From contig CAYYSJ010000003.1 of the NCBI GenBank assembly GCA_964474445.1, positions 17,597 to 81,596 on the forward strand: 64,000 nt of DNA, written 5' to 3'. This document shows, piece by piece, positions 48,179 to 58,218 of the stretch (its first letter is position 1; each line of letters opens with the position of its first letter). The notes under the pieces are model-generated. The model had not been told where the DNA came from and searched no databases. It saw nothing but the letters and a program-made list of their open reading frames with translations. The position numbers and the translations under genes were made by a program. This stretch comes from an uncultured Gammaproteobacteria bacterium (GTDB taxonomy: Bacteria > Patescibacteriota > Microgenomatia > Levybacterales > UBA12049).

Positions 48179-48775
48179 TTACAAAGGTTTTGCAATGATA
48201 ACAAATCTTTGTAAATCTGCAAATCCATCACAGGTGTAGAGAAACAGTGTTTCACCTTTTTCTGAAAAGAAAATTGCTGTTTTAGTAGGATCTATATCAG
48301 TTGTTTTTATAATCGTATAGGTATGTACTGTCTTATCATCTGTTAGCAATTGAATTGCTTGTCCCTCACGTAACCACCGAATAGGTCCAAATCTGTCATT
48401 CGTATTATGACTGTAGAGAATGATTGGCCCATGTTCTCCTGGTCTACTTGATAGTGCTAAATGAGACACTCCAGCATCAGCAATTTGCCACGTGTTGTGG
48501 GTAATCGTTGTTTCACGAATAGGTAGATCCATATGAACAGTTGGAATTTGTATCTCAACTGGAAGATTGAGGTGTGTGGCTGCCTTCGTTGTCGTCACAA
48601 CGGGAATTTTTGGAGTGAAAACAGATAATTGCACAAATTCATTGATGTAAAAAAATGTTGGGATAATAATAAAAATCACACCAATCGTAAGGAGTAGTTT
48701 TGTTATGACAGAGCTTTTTTTAAGAAATGTTTGTGCAATCGTGGCAAGGGAGGAATACAAAACCGTATATGTCAT
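48179..48775 (-). CDS. Sortase family protein
   Basis: N-terminal TM; catalytic H (YSHN), LYTC and R (LQRF). Confidence 0.8.
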   Translation of the reverse strand: MTYTVLYSSLATIAQTFLKKSSVITKLLLTIGVIFIIIPTFFYINEFVQLSVFTPKIPVVTTTKAATHLNLPVEIQIPTVHMDLPIRETTITHNTWQIADAGVSHLALSSRPGEHGPIILYSHNTNDRFGPIRWLREGQAIQLLTDDKTVHTYTIIKTTDIDPTKTAIFFSEKGETLFLYTCDGFADLQRFVIIAKPL

Positions 48776-48851
48776 ATGTTACTTATTTTGAGCGTAGTAT
48801 AACAAATCAAGATTGCTTTCGCTATGAGATGTACTTTGGTAAATGAAAATA

Positions 48852-49322
48852 TTAAAAAATAAGAGGAATTGATATTGTTTGAGGATTATCTTGTCCCATT
48901 GGATTTTCTTCTGTAATGATAAGGTTTGCTATTCCTGTACCAACAGTATTCACAGGAATGCTTCCTTCATAGGTTATTGGTTTGTTTTCTGTCCAGTCTT
49001 GTGTTGTTGTCAGTTTCCCTGTAGCAAGCGTATTTTGATTTTCATCTTGTAACTCAAGAGTGCCGGCATTTCCCTGGGAAATTGTCCAATGGCACAGAGG
49101 GTTAGTGTTATTGATGACAACAGTAACAGTCAGTTGTGGAGGGTTTACTTTTTGATCAGGTAATGGATTTTTTACTGTTATTGCCTGACATGCTGCTTTT
49201 TTCACTGTTTGTGTTGGGGTAGGAGAGGGTGGAATGGATGGCTCTAAAGGAGTAAATCGTAAAAAGGGAATAATAAGGGCTGTCAGTATCCCTAGAAGAA
49301 TGAAAATACGTAAAATTTTCAT
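48852..49322 (-). CDS. Membrane-anchored Ig-like (Gmad2-like) hypothetical protein
   Basis: TM helix, PSPTPT linker, beta-rich domain ending EENPMG...IPLIF. Confidence 0.6.
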   Translation of the reverse strand: MKILRIFILLGILTALIIPFLRFTPLEPSIPPSPTPTQTVKKAACQAITVKNPLPDQKVNPPQLTVTVVINNTNPLCHWTISQGNAGTLELQDENQNTLATGKLTTTQDWTENKPITYEGSIPVNTVGTGIANLIITEENPMGQDNPQTISIPLIF

Positions 49323-49403
49323 AGCTAGACTATACCACATTCAAGATATATATGCAGGGTAAGGAGTTTTTCTCTTTCAATCAATTTTTGTTATAATCAA
49401 TCT

Positions 49404-49835
49404 ATGCAGTATATTAAGACATCTCAAGGATACCTTCTTAGACTCAGTAAAGGTGAGGAAATAGCAAAAAATCTTATTGCATTTTGCCAATCACAAAATA
49501 TTCTCTCGGGTTTTTTTCACGCCATTGGTGGTGTCAGCGAAGCAGAATTAGGATATTACGATCTTGGGAAAAAAGAGTATCAATTTAAGAAAATAATAAC
49601 AACTCATGAAATTGTTTCATTAACAGGTAATATTACCCATGTTGATGGCAATCCATTTATTCATATGCATGGTGTTCTTTCTGACGAACAATATGCCTGT
49701 GTTGGAGGGCATGTAAAGGAGGGAGTTGTTGGTGCAACATTTGAGGCATATATTGTTGACTTTGGGAAAGAAATAACGCGAGCATTAGATCCAGAAATTG
49801 GGCTAAAACTCCTCCAATGCGAAATACAACAATAG
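49404..49835 (+). CDS. PPC/DUF296 domain protein
   Basis: LRLSKGEE, AIGG, EIVSLTGNI, HMH, GGH. Confidence 0.92.
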   Translation: MQYIKTSQGYLLRLSKGEEIAKNLIAFCQSQNILSGFFHAIGGVSEAELGYYDLGKKEYQFKKIITTHEIVSLTGNITHVDGNPFIHMHGVLSDEQYACVGGHVKEGVVGATFEAYIVDFGKEITRALDPEIGLKLLQCEIQQ

Positions 49836-49905
49836 GGCAAGCACTTTTGATCATATAAATCTTTTTCCTCTTGATACTTCCTTTTAAATATCTAATACTA
49901 TTTAT

Positions 49906-50877
49906 ATGCCTGCCCATTTTGACATTATTAGCGTTGGCGAAGCAAAAGTAGATACCTTCATGACTCTTCATGATGCTGCTCATAATACCCATCTTGTTGG
50001 TCCTGATATCTGTTTTCGTTACGGAGCAAAAGTTGAAGTTGATAGGTATGATTTACAGATGGGGGGGAATGCTGCGAATGTGACTGTTGGGCTTTCACGA
50101 TTGGGATTGAAAACAACTCTTTTTGCGGAGATAGGAGATGATGAGTTATCATTGCTTGTTCATAATAATCTTGCAAAGGAAAATATTAATAGAGCGCATA
50201 TTATCCATGATAAAAAGGCAGCATCGTCACTTTCAGTCATTATTAACTTCAAAGGAGACAGAACAATTTTTAGTCAGCATGTGCAAAGAGCGCATGATTT
50301 TCGTTTCGAAGACATGACTGCATCATACCTTTTTCTTACTAGTTTAGGGGATGATTGGCAAACTCCATATAAAAGAGCATTAGATTTCGCCATTGAGAAT
50401 AATGTAAAAATTGCATTTAATCCAGGTGCCCATCAATTCAGAGAAGGGAAAGACCTTGTGCACCAGGTCCTTAAACACACCCAGATTCTTTTTCTCAATA
50501 AAGAGGAAGCAGAAAAATTACTCTACGGTGAAGACCTGCGGGACGATGATAATTCTCCAGAATACATAAAAATACTCACTGAAGGACTTGCCGCATTGGG
50601 TGTGCAAATGGTTGTTTTGACGAACGGGAAAAAGGGATCATATGCGTTAGATACAGAAGGACGTATCCATCATGAAGGAATATATCCAGGAGAAGTTGTC
50701 GAACGGACAGGAGCAGGAGATGGATATACAGCAGGATTTCTTGCAGCGACACTTCATGGATTACCTGTCCAGACTGCAATGCATTGGGGTGCCATTAACG
50801 CTGCCTCTGTTGTTGGCGTGATCGGAGCTGAAGCAGGACTTTTGACAAAAGAAGTAATGGAAAAAAGAGCCGCTTAA
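49906..50877 (+). CDS. PfkB family carbohydrate kinase
   Basis: GGNAANV..GLSRLG, FLNKEEA, ERTGAGDGY. Confidence 0.92.
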   Translation: MPAHFDIISVGEAKVDTFMTLHDAAHNTHLVGPDICFRYGAKVEVDRYDLQMGGNAANVTVGLSRLGLKTTLFAEIGDDELSLLVHNNLAKENINRAHIIHDKKAASSLSVIINFKGDRTIFSQHVQRAHDFRFEDMTASYLFLTSLGDDWQTPYKRALDFAIENNVKIAFNPGAHQFREGKDLVHQVLKHTQILFLNKEEAEKLLYGEDLRDDDNSPEYIKILTEGLAALGVQMVVLTNGKKGSYALDTEGRIHHEGIYPGEVVERTGAGDGYTAGFLAATLHGLPVQTAMHWGAINAASVVGVIGAEAGLLTKEVMEKRAA

Positions 50878-50914
50878 TAATGCATTAGGAATTGTAGCTA
50901 TTTTACACGCAAAT

Positions 50915-51961
50915 TTATAAATCCTGTGAATGAGAAACGAAGGTATCGCTGTGCAAGTCTGACTCATTTAACTCACCTTTACTTGCAAGACTTGCTAAAT
51001 GGAGTTGTTTATAGAAAAGTGCTTGAATTTCTTTTGTTGCACTTCGATTTTTTGCCCAGAACTTCAAGACTGGATCCTGCAATGCTCGTGAATAAGAGAA
51101 GGTGATACCCCATGGATGAGGAGCAAGTTTGGCGATACGATTGAGATTAATAAATGCATCATTACTTGTTTGGCCACCGCTTAAGAAAACAACTCCTCCT
51201 AAATTATGAGGAACATGTTCATGCAACGCTCTGACTGTTCGTTTTGCAACATCCTCGTGGTTGATGGGTGTCCCACTGTCTTTGCCAGGTAACACCATGC
51301 TGGTCTTGAGAATTGTCCCAGGAATATGGACTCGAAGTGAGTTCAATGTTTCAAAGAGAACATCATAGGTTCTGGTAATTGTTTGTTCACATTCTTCAAT
51401 GCTATGGTTTCCATCAAACAAAACTTCTGGCTCAACAATTGGAACGATATTTGCATCCTGACAAATGCGTGCGTAACGTCCCAGCACAAATGCATTCGCG
51501 GCAAGACACTCATCAGTGGGGGTGCCATCACCAATTGCAATAACTGCACGCCATTTTGCAAATCGTGCTCCAGAATCGTAATATGTTGCCATTCTTTCTG
51601 GTAGACCGTCCAAGCCTTGGGTAATCTTTTCCTCAGGAAATCCAGGGAAGTCAACAAGACCTTTATCTACTTTAATGCCAGGGAAACCTCCATGTTCTGC
51701 TAGGTATGCTGGAAAACCTTTCCCATCATGTGTTTTTTGCCAAAACGTTTCATCATAAAAAATAACGCCACTCATAAAATCTTCAGCACCTGGAGTGGTA
51801 AGAAGGAGTCCTCTATATTCTCGTCTTGTCTCCTCTGTACATGTAACACCAACACTATCAAAACGCTTTTGGCAGCTTTTATCACTTTCATCAGCTGCTA
51901 AAATTCCTTTTCCATGTGCAACAAGAGCTTTTGCTGTTTTTTCTAATGCATCGTGGTTCAT
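50915..51961 (-). CDS. Fructose-bisphosphate aldolase class I
   Basis: KGILAADES, GIKVDKG, FAKWRAV, VPIVEPEV, FLSGGQ, TFSYSRALQ. Confidence 0.96.
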   Translation of the reverse strand: MNHDALEKTAKALVAHGKGILAADESDKSCQKRFDSVGVTCTEETRREYRGLLLTTPGAEDFMSGVIFYDETFWQKTHDGKGFPAYLAEHGGFPGIKVDKGLVDFPGFPEEKITQGLDGLPERMATYYDSGARFAKWRAVIAIGDGTPTDECLAANAFVLGRYARICQDANIVPIVEPEVLFDGNHSIEECEQTITRTYDVLFETLNSLRVHIPGTILKTSMVLPGKDSGTPINHEDVAKRTVRALHEHVPHNLGGVVFLSGGQTSNDAFINLNRIAKLAPHPWGITFSYSRALQDPVLKFWAKNRSATKEIQALFYKQLHLASLASKGELNESDLHSDTFVSHSQDL

Positions 51962-52053
51962 ATATTAATCGTAATAGTCAGGAGAATAAAATGCAAGAAA
52001 CAATTCTGTTTGGTAATTGTTTACAATCTGTCACAATAGAATTGTGATAAGTT

Positions 52054-52311
52054 TTAGGTATTTTGTAGAGAAGCGAGTTTTTTTTGAGCAAAGATTATTC
52101 CAATTGTGACAACCCCAATATAGAGGAGTCCTTCAAAGCAGGTAGCAATCATGTGTGCAGGTTTCGTAAAGATAAGATATGAACCACTTGCGATAGTAAG
52201 TGCCACTAATCCATAGGAAACAGCAAGTTTTGTCTTTGAAGGGAAGAAAGAGGTATATCCTGTGCAAATGACACTTGCTAGTGCAATAAAGACATGAGCA
52301 ATGACCAACAT
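52054..52311 (-). CDS. Small 3-TM membrane protein downstream of cyoE
   Basis: Three hydrophobic segments; co-oriented with the cyo operon. Confidence 0.65.
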   Translation of the reverse strand: MLVIAHVFIALASVICTGYTSFFPSKTKLAVSYGLVALTIASGSYLIFTKPAHMIATCFEGLLYIGVVTIGIIFAQKKLASLQNT

Positions 52312-52321
52312 ACTTGTATTA

Positions 52322-53185
52322 TTACGGAAGAAGTCTTCCAATTGCAAGCATAAAAGAGGTGGTAAGAAGTGCTATGAGAGAAAAACCAAACATTTTCCGT
52401 GCCCATTTTACATCATCTGCAACCCCAAACCCCTGTATTCCCATAAAAAGCCATCGCAATCCCAACAGTGTCATGATAACAAGATAGATAAATCCTGTTT
52501 GTTTTGTGACAGTAAATAATGTTGCTACAACAGTAAAAACACATACCCAAAAAAGAATATGAATTTTTGCAGTACCTATTCCTTTTTTGACAGGGAGTAC
52601 TGGCAGCCCAGCGGCTGCATAGTCTTTGAACCGGTAGGTGGCAATTGCATAAAAATGTGGCATTTGCCAGGCAACAAGAATAAGAAATAAGAGAAGAGCA
52701 GTAAGGTCAAATCGATTAGTTACTGCAGTATAGCCAACAACTGGTGGCACTGCTCCTGGAATACTCCCAACAAGTGTTCCATAGATTGATCTTCTTTTTG
52801 CTATCCCATACAGGACAACATAAAAGAAAAAACCTACAAATGCTATGGACATGGTGAGAACATTTGTCCAAAATAGTAGCGTTCCAAAACCAATAATACC
52901 AAGGACGGTTCCATAGGTGAGTGCTGCAACAGGGGATATCTCTTTTGTCACAAGTGCTCGCTTTTTTGTTCGCTCCATTTTTTCATCAAGATTCCGATCA
53001 ATATAGTTGTTAAATACACACGCTGATGCAATAACAAAGGAGAGTCCAGCAATTGCTGAAAAAAATAACAGAGGATTGATACGAAGTCCTGATGCAAACA
53101 AGAATCCAGCAATAGCAGGGAGTGCATTGCCATAAATAATCCCTGGTTTGGTAAGGAGGTAGTAGTTTTTTACAATGTTAGCCAT
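52322..53185 (-). CDS. cyoE: Heme o synthase (protoheme IX farnesyltransferase)
   Basis: LTKPGI, NNYIDRNLD.KMERTKKR, WQMPHFYAI. Confidence 0.96.
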   Translation of the reverse strand: MANIVKNYYLLTKPGIIYGNALPAIAGFLFASGLRINPLLFFSAIAGLSFVIASACVFNNYIDRNLDEKMERTKKRALVTKEISPVAALTYGTVLGIIGFGTLLFWTNVLTMSIAFVGFFFYVVLYGIAKRRSIYGTLVGSIPGAVPPVVGYTAVTNRFDLTALLLFLILVAWQMPHFYAIATYRFKDYAAAGLPVLPVKKGIGTAKIHILFWVCVFTVVATLFTVTKQTGFIYLVIMTLLGLRWLFMGIQGFGVADDVKWARKMFGFSLIALLTTSFMLAIGRLLP

Positions 53186-53191
53186 GCAAGT

Positions 53192-53560
53192 TTATTTATG
53201 TAGCCCTTCTTGAATAAGAATCATGTGGTTCATATCTGTTGGCATCATATTGTAATTTAAGTGATACATGATCCACAATGATGCTACAACAACAAGCAAA
53301 ACGATACTAAAAGTAGAAAAGAAAAAAATCAAATTCCAGCGAGGTTTTGCTTCTTGACCAAGGTGGAGAAAGTACACAAGCTGAACAGTCAGTTGTATGA
53401 AAGCAAGTATCAGAAATACTCCTATTACGATGCCACGAGAAAACAAAGGATGTAGCGAATTGATATGATTCATTGCAAGAAGATAGGCAATAAAGGTAAG
53501 GATAATGGAGAGGAGAAATCCTATGATGTATGTTGTAACAGTTACTTTTTGTGTATGCAT
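53192..53560 (-). CDS. cyoD: Cytochrome bo3 quinol oxidase subunit IV
   Basis: YIIGFLLSIILT, QLVYFLHL, SLWIMYHLNYNM. Confidence 0.93.
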   Translation of the reverse strand: MHTQKVTVTTYIIGFLLSIILTFIAYLLAMNHINSLHPLFSRGIVIGVFLILAFIQLTVQLVYFLHLGQEAKPRWNLIFFFSTFSIVLLVVVASLWIMYHLNYNMMPTDMNHMILIQEGLHK

Positions 53561-53572
53561 AGTATTATGTTG

Positions 53573-54157
53573 TTATATTACTCCTAGTAAATAGACTATC
53601 GTAAAAATAAATATCCAGACAATATCTAAGAAATGCCAGAAAAAACTTAAGAGAGTGAGTTTGCGTACTGCATGTTCTGTAAAACCTTTGCGAAAGATAT
53701 AGATAAAAAGAAGCAACATCCAAAAAAGTCCAAAGAAAATATGGAGTCCGTGAGTACCAACAAGTGTAAAAAATGATGAAAGGAAAGCACTTCTTTGAAA
53801 CGTATTTCCCTCAATAAAAAGATGAGAAAATTCGGATAGTTCCATAGCCAAAAAGGAAATACCAAGTGCAAACGTAATCCCAAAGAACAGCACTGTTTGT
53901 TTCACTTTCTTAGCGTGTGCAAAAAGAATTCCTATACCACAGGTAAAACTACTTGTTAAAAGAATGAGCGTTTCAATAAGAGCAAAAGGAAGGTTAAAAA
54001 GTTCTGTACTTGTTGGACCTCCAAAGGTATTTCCATGCAAAACAACATACGCTGCAAAAAGAGCAGCAAACATGAGAAGGTCAGTCATTAAATAAATCCA
54101 AAACCCTAAAAAGGTTCGTTCCTCTGCAAGGATGTGGTGTTCTGTTTCGTGATTCAT
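53573..54157 (-). CDS. cyoC: Cytochrome bo3 quinol oxidase subunit III
   Basis: GFWIYLMTD, LLTSSFTCG, FFTLVGTHGLH, FWHFLDIVWIF. Confidence 0.96.
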   Translation of the reverse strand: MNHETEHHILAEERTFLGFWIYLMTDLLMFAALFAAYVVLHGNTFGGPTSTELFNLPFALIETLILLTSSFTCGIGILFAHAKKVKQTVLFFGITFALGISFLAMELSEFSHLFIEGNTFQRSAFLSSFFTLVGTHGLHIFFGLFWMLLLFIYIFRKGFTEHAVRKLTLLSFFWHFLDIVWIFIFTIVYLLGVI

Positions 54158-54179
54158 ACTATTTCATTCGTAGTTTTCT

Positions 54180-56186
54180 TTATCTTCGTGGGTCAAGAAA
54201 ACTATTTTTCTTTTCTTCAAAATGTTTTACTTCTTCTGCTGCCAGAACATATTCTGTTTCTTCATCAAATGTTCTCATAATAACAACCACGATTGACCCA
54301 ATTAACCCAAGCGCTGCAAGCCAATACATATGCCATACCATGGCAAATCCAATGAGGAATACAAATCCTGAAAGATATATACCAAGAGCAGTATTTTTGG
54401 GTAAGATAATATCTTCATAGTGTTCTTTCCCTCTTGCATGTTGTTTCAATTCCCACCATGCATCCCTGTCGGTGACATGTGGAATAGCCGCAAAGTTATA
54501 AAAAGGTGGAGGGGAGGATGTTGCCCATTCAAGAGTTCTCCCATTCCATGGATCACCAGTGGTATCTTTGTTTTGTTTCCTTTGCATAATACTCACAATG
54601 ATTTGAATAACTTGCACGCATGCAGCTGCGGAAATAATAAGCCCTCCAATAAGAGCTGTGATAAAGAGTGGTTGCCAGCCAGGCAGAGCAGGATAGTGAT
54701 CCATTCGTCTCGTTGCACCCATAAAGCCGAGGATATACAGTGGGGTAAAGGAAGTGAAAAAACCGATGATCCAGAGCCAAAATGCATATTTTCCTATTTT
54801 TTCATTGAGTGTAAATCCAGTAATTTTAGGAAACCAATACGTAATGCCTGCGAAAATACCAAATAGTGCGCCGCCAATCACCATGGTATGAAAATGAGCG
54901 ACCAAGAACAGAGAATTGTGGAGCTGGTAATCAGCAGGAGGAGAGGCAAGCAATACTCCTGCCATACCTCCAAAGGTGAATGTTCCGACAAATCCCAAAA
55001 ACCAGAGCATTGGTGTATAAAAGCGAATTTTCCCTTTCCACATGGTAGCAATCCACCGAAAAATTTGTACGCCTGTTGGGATTGCAATAAACATGGTCAT
55101 AATACCAAAAAATGAATTGACATCTGCTCCTGCACCCATGGTGAAGAAATGGTGTAACCATACGAGCATAGAAAGCAGTGTGATACCAATTGCCGCAAAA
55201 ATAAGTGACGTATATCCTGCCAATTTTTTCTGACTGAATGTTGAAACAACTTCTGAATAGACACCAAATGCAGGGAGCATGAGAATATATACTTCAGGAT
55301 GACCCCACATCCAAATAAGATTGGTATACATCATTGGATTGCCTCCATTTGCTATCGTGAAAAAGTGCATACCTAAAAATCGGTCAACATTCAACAGTGC
55401 AATCGTTATTGCAAGAATAGGGAAAACAGTGACTACCATCAACATACTGCACAACGATGTCCAGGTAAAAAGTGGCATTCTCATAAGGCCCATTCCTGGA
55501 GCTCGAAGCTTAAGAATGGTGACAATAAAGTTAATTCCTCCAATTAGTGTCCCAAGTCCTGATATTTGCAGACTCCAAATCCAATAATCAACGCCAACTC
55601 CAGGGCTATACTGCAATTCTGAAAGGGGGGCAACAGCAAGCCATCCTGTTGCAGCAAATTCTCCACCAAGTCCAAAAAAGAGATTAATAAGCAGTGCTCC
55701 TGCCACATAGAGCCAGAACCCTAAGGTATTCAGGAATGGGAATGCTAAGTCTCTTGCTCCAATTTGGAGAGGAACAATAATATTGATAAGACCAAAAAGA
55801 AATCCCATGGTAACAAAAAACACCATAATATTCCCGTGTGCAGTAAAAATTTGTTGGAAATGATCAGCATTGAGGTATCCATGTGAAGTACCTGCCGCCA
55901 TAGCTTGCTGTAGCCATATCATAATGGCATCAAGACCACCTCGAAAAAGCATAAGGCCTGCAACAACTATGTACATAATGCCAATCTTTTTAGGATCACA
56001 GGAAGTAAGCCATTCACTCCACAACCACTTCCAGAGTCTGTAACGAGTTAAGAAAAGTACCATAGCGACTCCCATTACACCAATAAAGATGGATCCTCCA
56101 ATGGTAAACCATTCATGAGGAAGTGCATCCCAGGTAAGTCGGCCGAAAAGAAATTGTAGTAGTTGTTGGCTCATAAATTTAGTGTT
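54180..56186 (-). CDS. cyoB: Cytochrome bo3 quinol oxidase subunit I
   Basis: KKIGIMY, R..D quinol site (FRGGLD), HFQQIFTAHG, WGHPEVY, WLHHFF, VAHFH. Start 56174-56204. Confidence 0.97.
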   Translation of the reverse strand, partial: NTKFMSQQLLQFLFGRLTWDALPHEWFTIGGSIFIGVMGVAMVLFLTRYRLWKWLWSEWLTSCDPKKIGIMYIVVAGLMLFRGGLDAIMIWLQQAMAAGTSHGYLNADHFQQIFTAHGNIMVFFVTMGFLFGLINIIVPLQIGARDLAFPFLNTLGFWLYVAGALLINLFFGLGGEFAATGWLAVAPLSELQYSPGVGVDYWIWSLQISGLGTLIGGINFIVTILKLRAPGMGLMRMPLFTWTSLCSMLMVVTVFPILAITIALLNVDRFLGMHFFTIANGGNPMMYTNLIWMWGHPEVYILMLPAFGVYSEVVSTFSQKKLAGYTSLIFAAIGITLLSMLVWLHHFFTMGAGADVNSFFGIMTMFIAIPTGVQIFRWIATMWKGKIRFYTPMLWFLGFVGTFTFGGMAGVLLASPPADYQLHNSLFLVAHFHTMVIGGALFGIFAGITYWFPKITGFTLNEKIGKYAFWLWIIGFFTSFTPLYILGFMGATRRMDHYPALPGWQPLFITALIGGLIISAAACVQVIQIIVSIMQRKQNKDTTGDPWNGRTLEWATSSPPPFYNFAAIPHVTDRDAWWELKQHARGKEHYEDIILPKNTALGIYLSGFVFLIGFAMVWHMYWLAALGLIGSIVVVIMRTFDEETEYVLAAEEVKHFEEKKNSFLDPRR

Positions 56187-57066
56187 CATTGTGATTTGAT
56201 ACATTTGGTTTCATGTCTTTCATCACTATTAGATTATACAGGTCTTTCTCAACGGAGGAGTAGTAGGTAGGTGGAGTATTCTCACTTGGTTGAGAAAGTG
56301 TGACATACCCTTTTTTTGTTAAGATGTTTTTTGATTTTTTTACCATCTGTACCCATGTAGAAAAATCATTTTGTGTTGTTGACTTTGCGATAAATCGCAT
56401 GCCAGTAAATCCTTTTCCGCTTATTTCTGCATCAGATCCTTGGTATTCGCCAATAGTATCAGCCTTTAAATGAAGTTGATTTACCATCCCATTCATTGCA
56501 TACATTTGCCCACCAAGACTTGGAATCCAGAAGGAATTCATCGGAGCATCTGCGGTAAGTTGAAACGTAATTGGTGTATTAACAGGAAAGGCAATATAGT
56601 TTACTGTGGCAACCTGTTGTTCAGGATAAATAAAAAGCCACTTCCATTGCAGTGCAACCACTTGAATGGTTAGTGGTTTGACACTACTTTGGATAGGTTT
56701 CAAAGGATCGAGTGCGTGAGTGTCTTGCCAGGTAATGGTTGCTAATATGAGAACAATAACACTAGGAATAAGCCACCAGAATATTTCCAAAAGGAGATTC
56801 TGCTTTGTGTCTGGGTTATACGTTGCTTTTGGATTTGTGGAACGAAATTTCCATGCAGTAAAAAATGTGAGCGCGATAGAGGGGAGTCCAATACAAAGCA
56901 TTAACAAAAGAAAGGTAATAATCAGTTGTGTTTCTTTTTGTGCAATAAGTCCTTTTGGATGAAAAAGCGTAATATGACTCGGTTGTGCAACAAAAAAGAC
57001 AAGTATGCAAATACCAACAAGTAGGAGAAAAGGAATAAGAGCAACACGAAAAAATTTCATCAACAT
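56179..57066 (-). CDS. cyoA: Cytochrome bo3 quinol oxidase subunit II
   Basis: PKGLIA, THALDP, WKWLFIYPEQ, MNSFWIPSLGGQ.YAM; no CuA cysteine motif. Confidence 0.95.
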   Translation of the reverse strand: MLMKFFRVALIPFLLLVGICILVFFVAQPSHITLFHPKGLIAQKETQLIITFLLLMLCIGLPSIALTFFTAWKFRSTNPKATYNPDTKQNLLLEIFWWLIPSVIVLILATITWQDTHALDPLKPIQSSVKPLTIQVVALQWKWLFIYPEQQVATVNYIAFPVNTPITFQLTADAPMNSFWIPSLGGQMYAMNGMVNQLHLKADTIGEYQGSDAEISGKGFTGMRFIAKSTTQNDFSTWVQMVKKSKNILTKKGYVTLSQPSENTPPTYYSSVEKDLYNLIVMKDMKPNVSNHNEH

Positions 57067-57068
57067 AC

Positions 57069-57090
57069 TTTAACTATAACTATAGTTAAA
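57069..57090. promoter_or_regulatory. Perfect palindrome over the cyo promoter (operator candidate)
   Basis: TTTAACTATA-ac-TATAGTTAAA, containing a minus-strand TATAGT -10. Confidence 0.55.
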
Positions 57091-57127
57091 CAAAGATGAA
57101 GGGGTGTGTAAAGGGGAAGGGTAAACG

Positions 57128-58153
57128 TTATTTCTCTCTTTCAATAACAAAATCTGTAAATTCACTGAAAATTTTTTGATATGTTTTATTTTTTGTTAAA
57201 AGTGGAACCATATTTTTCGCTTTTTCTGCGTAGTCTTTTGCCTTTTCTTGAGAATAAGTAAGTGATCCAGTCTCAATAAAGATATTTTTTATTGTTGCAA
57301 ACTCTTTTGCTGTAAGATGCTTTTTTCCATATAATTTCTGGAGTACAATTTTTTGTTCGTTTGTCCCATATTTTAATGCATGGGTAATAAGCAGAGTATT
57401 TTTATTTTCAGAAATATCTGATGTTACTGACTTTCCCAGTTCTTTTTCACTACCAAACACACCAAGAATGTCGTCATGAATCTGAAAAGCTATCCCGAGG
57501 TACTCTCCGAAACGTTTAAGTTGTTCGACCATCTTCTTATTAGCCCCTCCAAGAAGTGCGCCGAGCATTAAAGGACCAGAGATACTATAGTATGCAGTTT
57601 TCAGTGTGTGAATTGCTAACACATCTTTTTCTTTTCTTGAGTATGTACCGTTTGTTAAAGAATTTGTGGAAAGTGTCACATCAAGCATCTCTCCAGAGAT
57701 AGTATTCATGACAATGTCTGAGAGAAGGGTAGTGGCTTGTGTTTTCTTTTCTGAAGAAAAATTGCTTTCATTCATGATTTTTATAGTTACAAAAAATCCC
57801 ATGTCACTCAGACAAAGTGCTTGGTTGATTCCGATCTGTTTCCACACACTTGGTTTGCTTCTTCGAAGGGGGCTTTGATCAATAACATCATCAAGAGTTA
57901 ATAAAGATGTATGCAATATCTCATACGCAGCAGCAATAGGAAGCACTTCGTTATTCTCCTTTGCTGTAGTAATCATATAGCCTAAGAGAATAAGGTTTCC
58001 TCGAATATATTTCCCACCGTTGAAACTGTCACGAAGTACACTATAAGATTTTTTGAGGTGTAGGTTATTCGTTTGCGGTAGCTTTTTTAAAAGCATAGAA
58101 ATAGTTTCTTGTATTTTTTGTGTAGAGGCTTTTTGATACGAGTGGAAATCCAT
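57128..58153 (-). CDS. Polyprenyl diphosphate synthase
   Basis: GGKYIRG, DDVIDQSPLRR, KTA, AFQIHDDILG. Confidence 0.92.
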   Translation of the reverse strand: MDFHSYQKASTQKIQETISMLLKKLPQTNNLHLKKSYSVLRDSFNGGKYIRGNLILLGYMITTAKENNEVLPIAAAYEILHTSLLTLDDVIDQSPLRRSKPSVWKQIGINQALCLSDMGFFVTIKIMNESNFSSEKKTQATTLLSDIVMNTISGEMLDVTLSTNSLTNGTYSRKEKDVLAIHTLKTAYYSISGPLMLGALLGGANKKMVEQLKRFGEYLGIAFQIHDDILGVFGSEKELGKSVTSDISENKNTLLITHALKYGTNEQKIVLQKLYGKKHLTAKEFATIKNIFIETGSLTYSQEKAKDYAEKAKNMVPLLTKNKTYQKIFSEFTDFVIEREK

Positions 58154-58218
58154 GCCAAGACTATAGCAGAAATAATAACTGTTTCACAATGATGGAATGT
58201 CGTTTCCTTTGGATGACC

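Noticed and set aside
52031-52047. Rex box near the aldolase/cyo junction (TCACAAT-aga-ATTGTGA)
   Set aside because: The half-sites are in the opposite orientation to Rex TTGTGAA-N4-TTCACAA; more likely a hairpin at the operon end.
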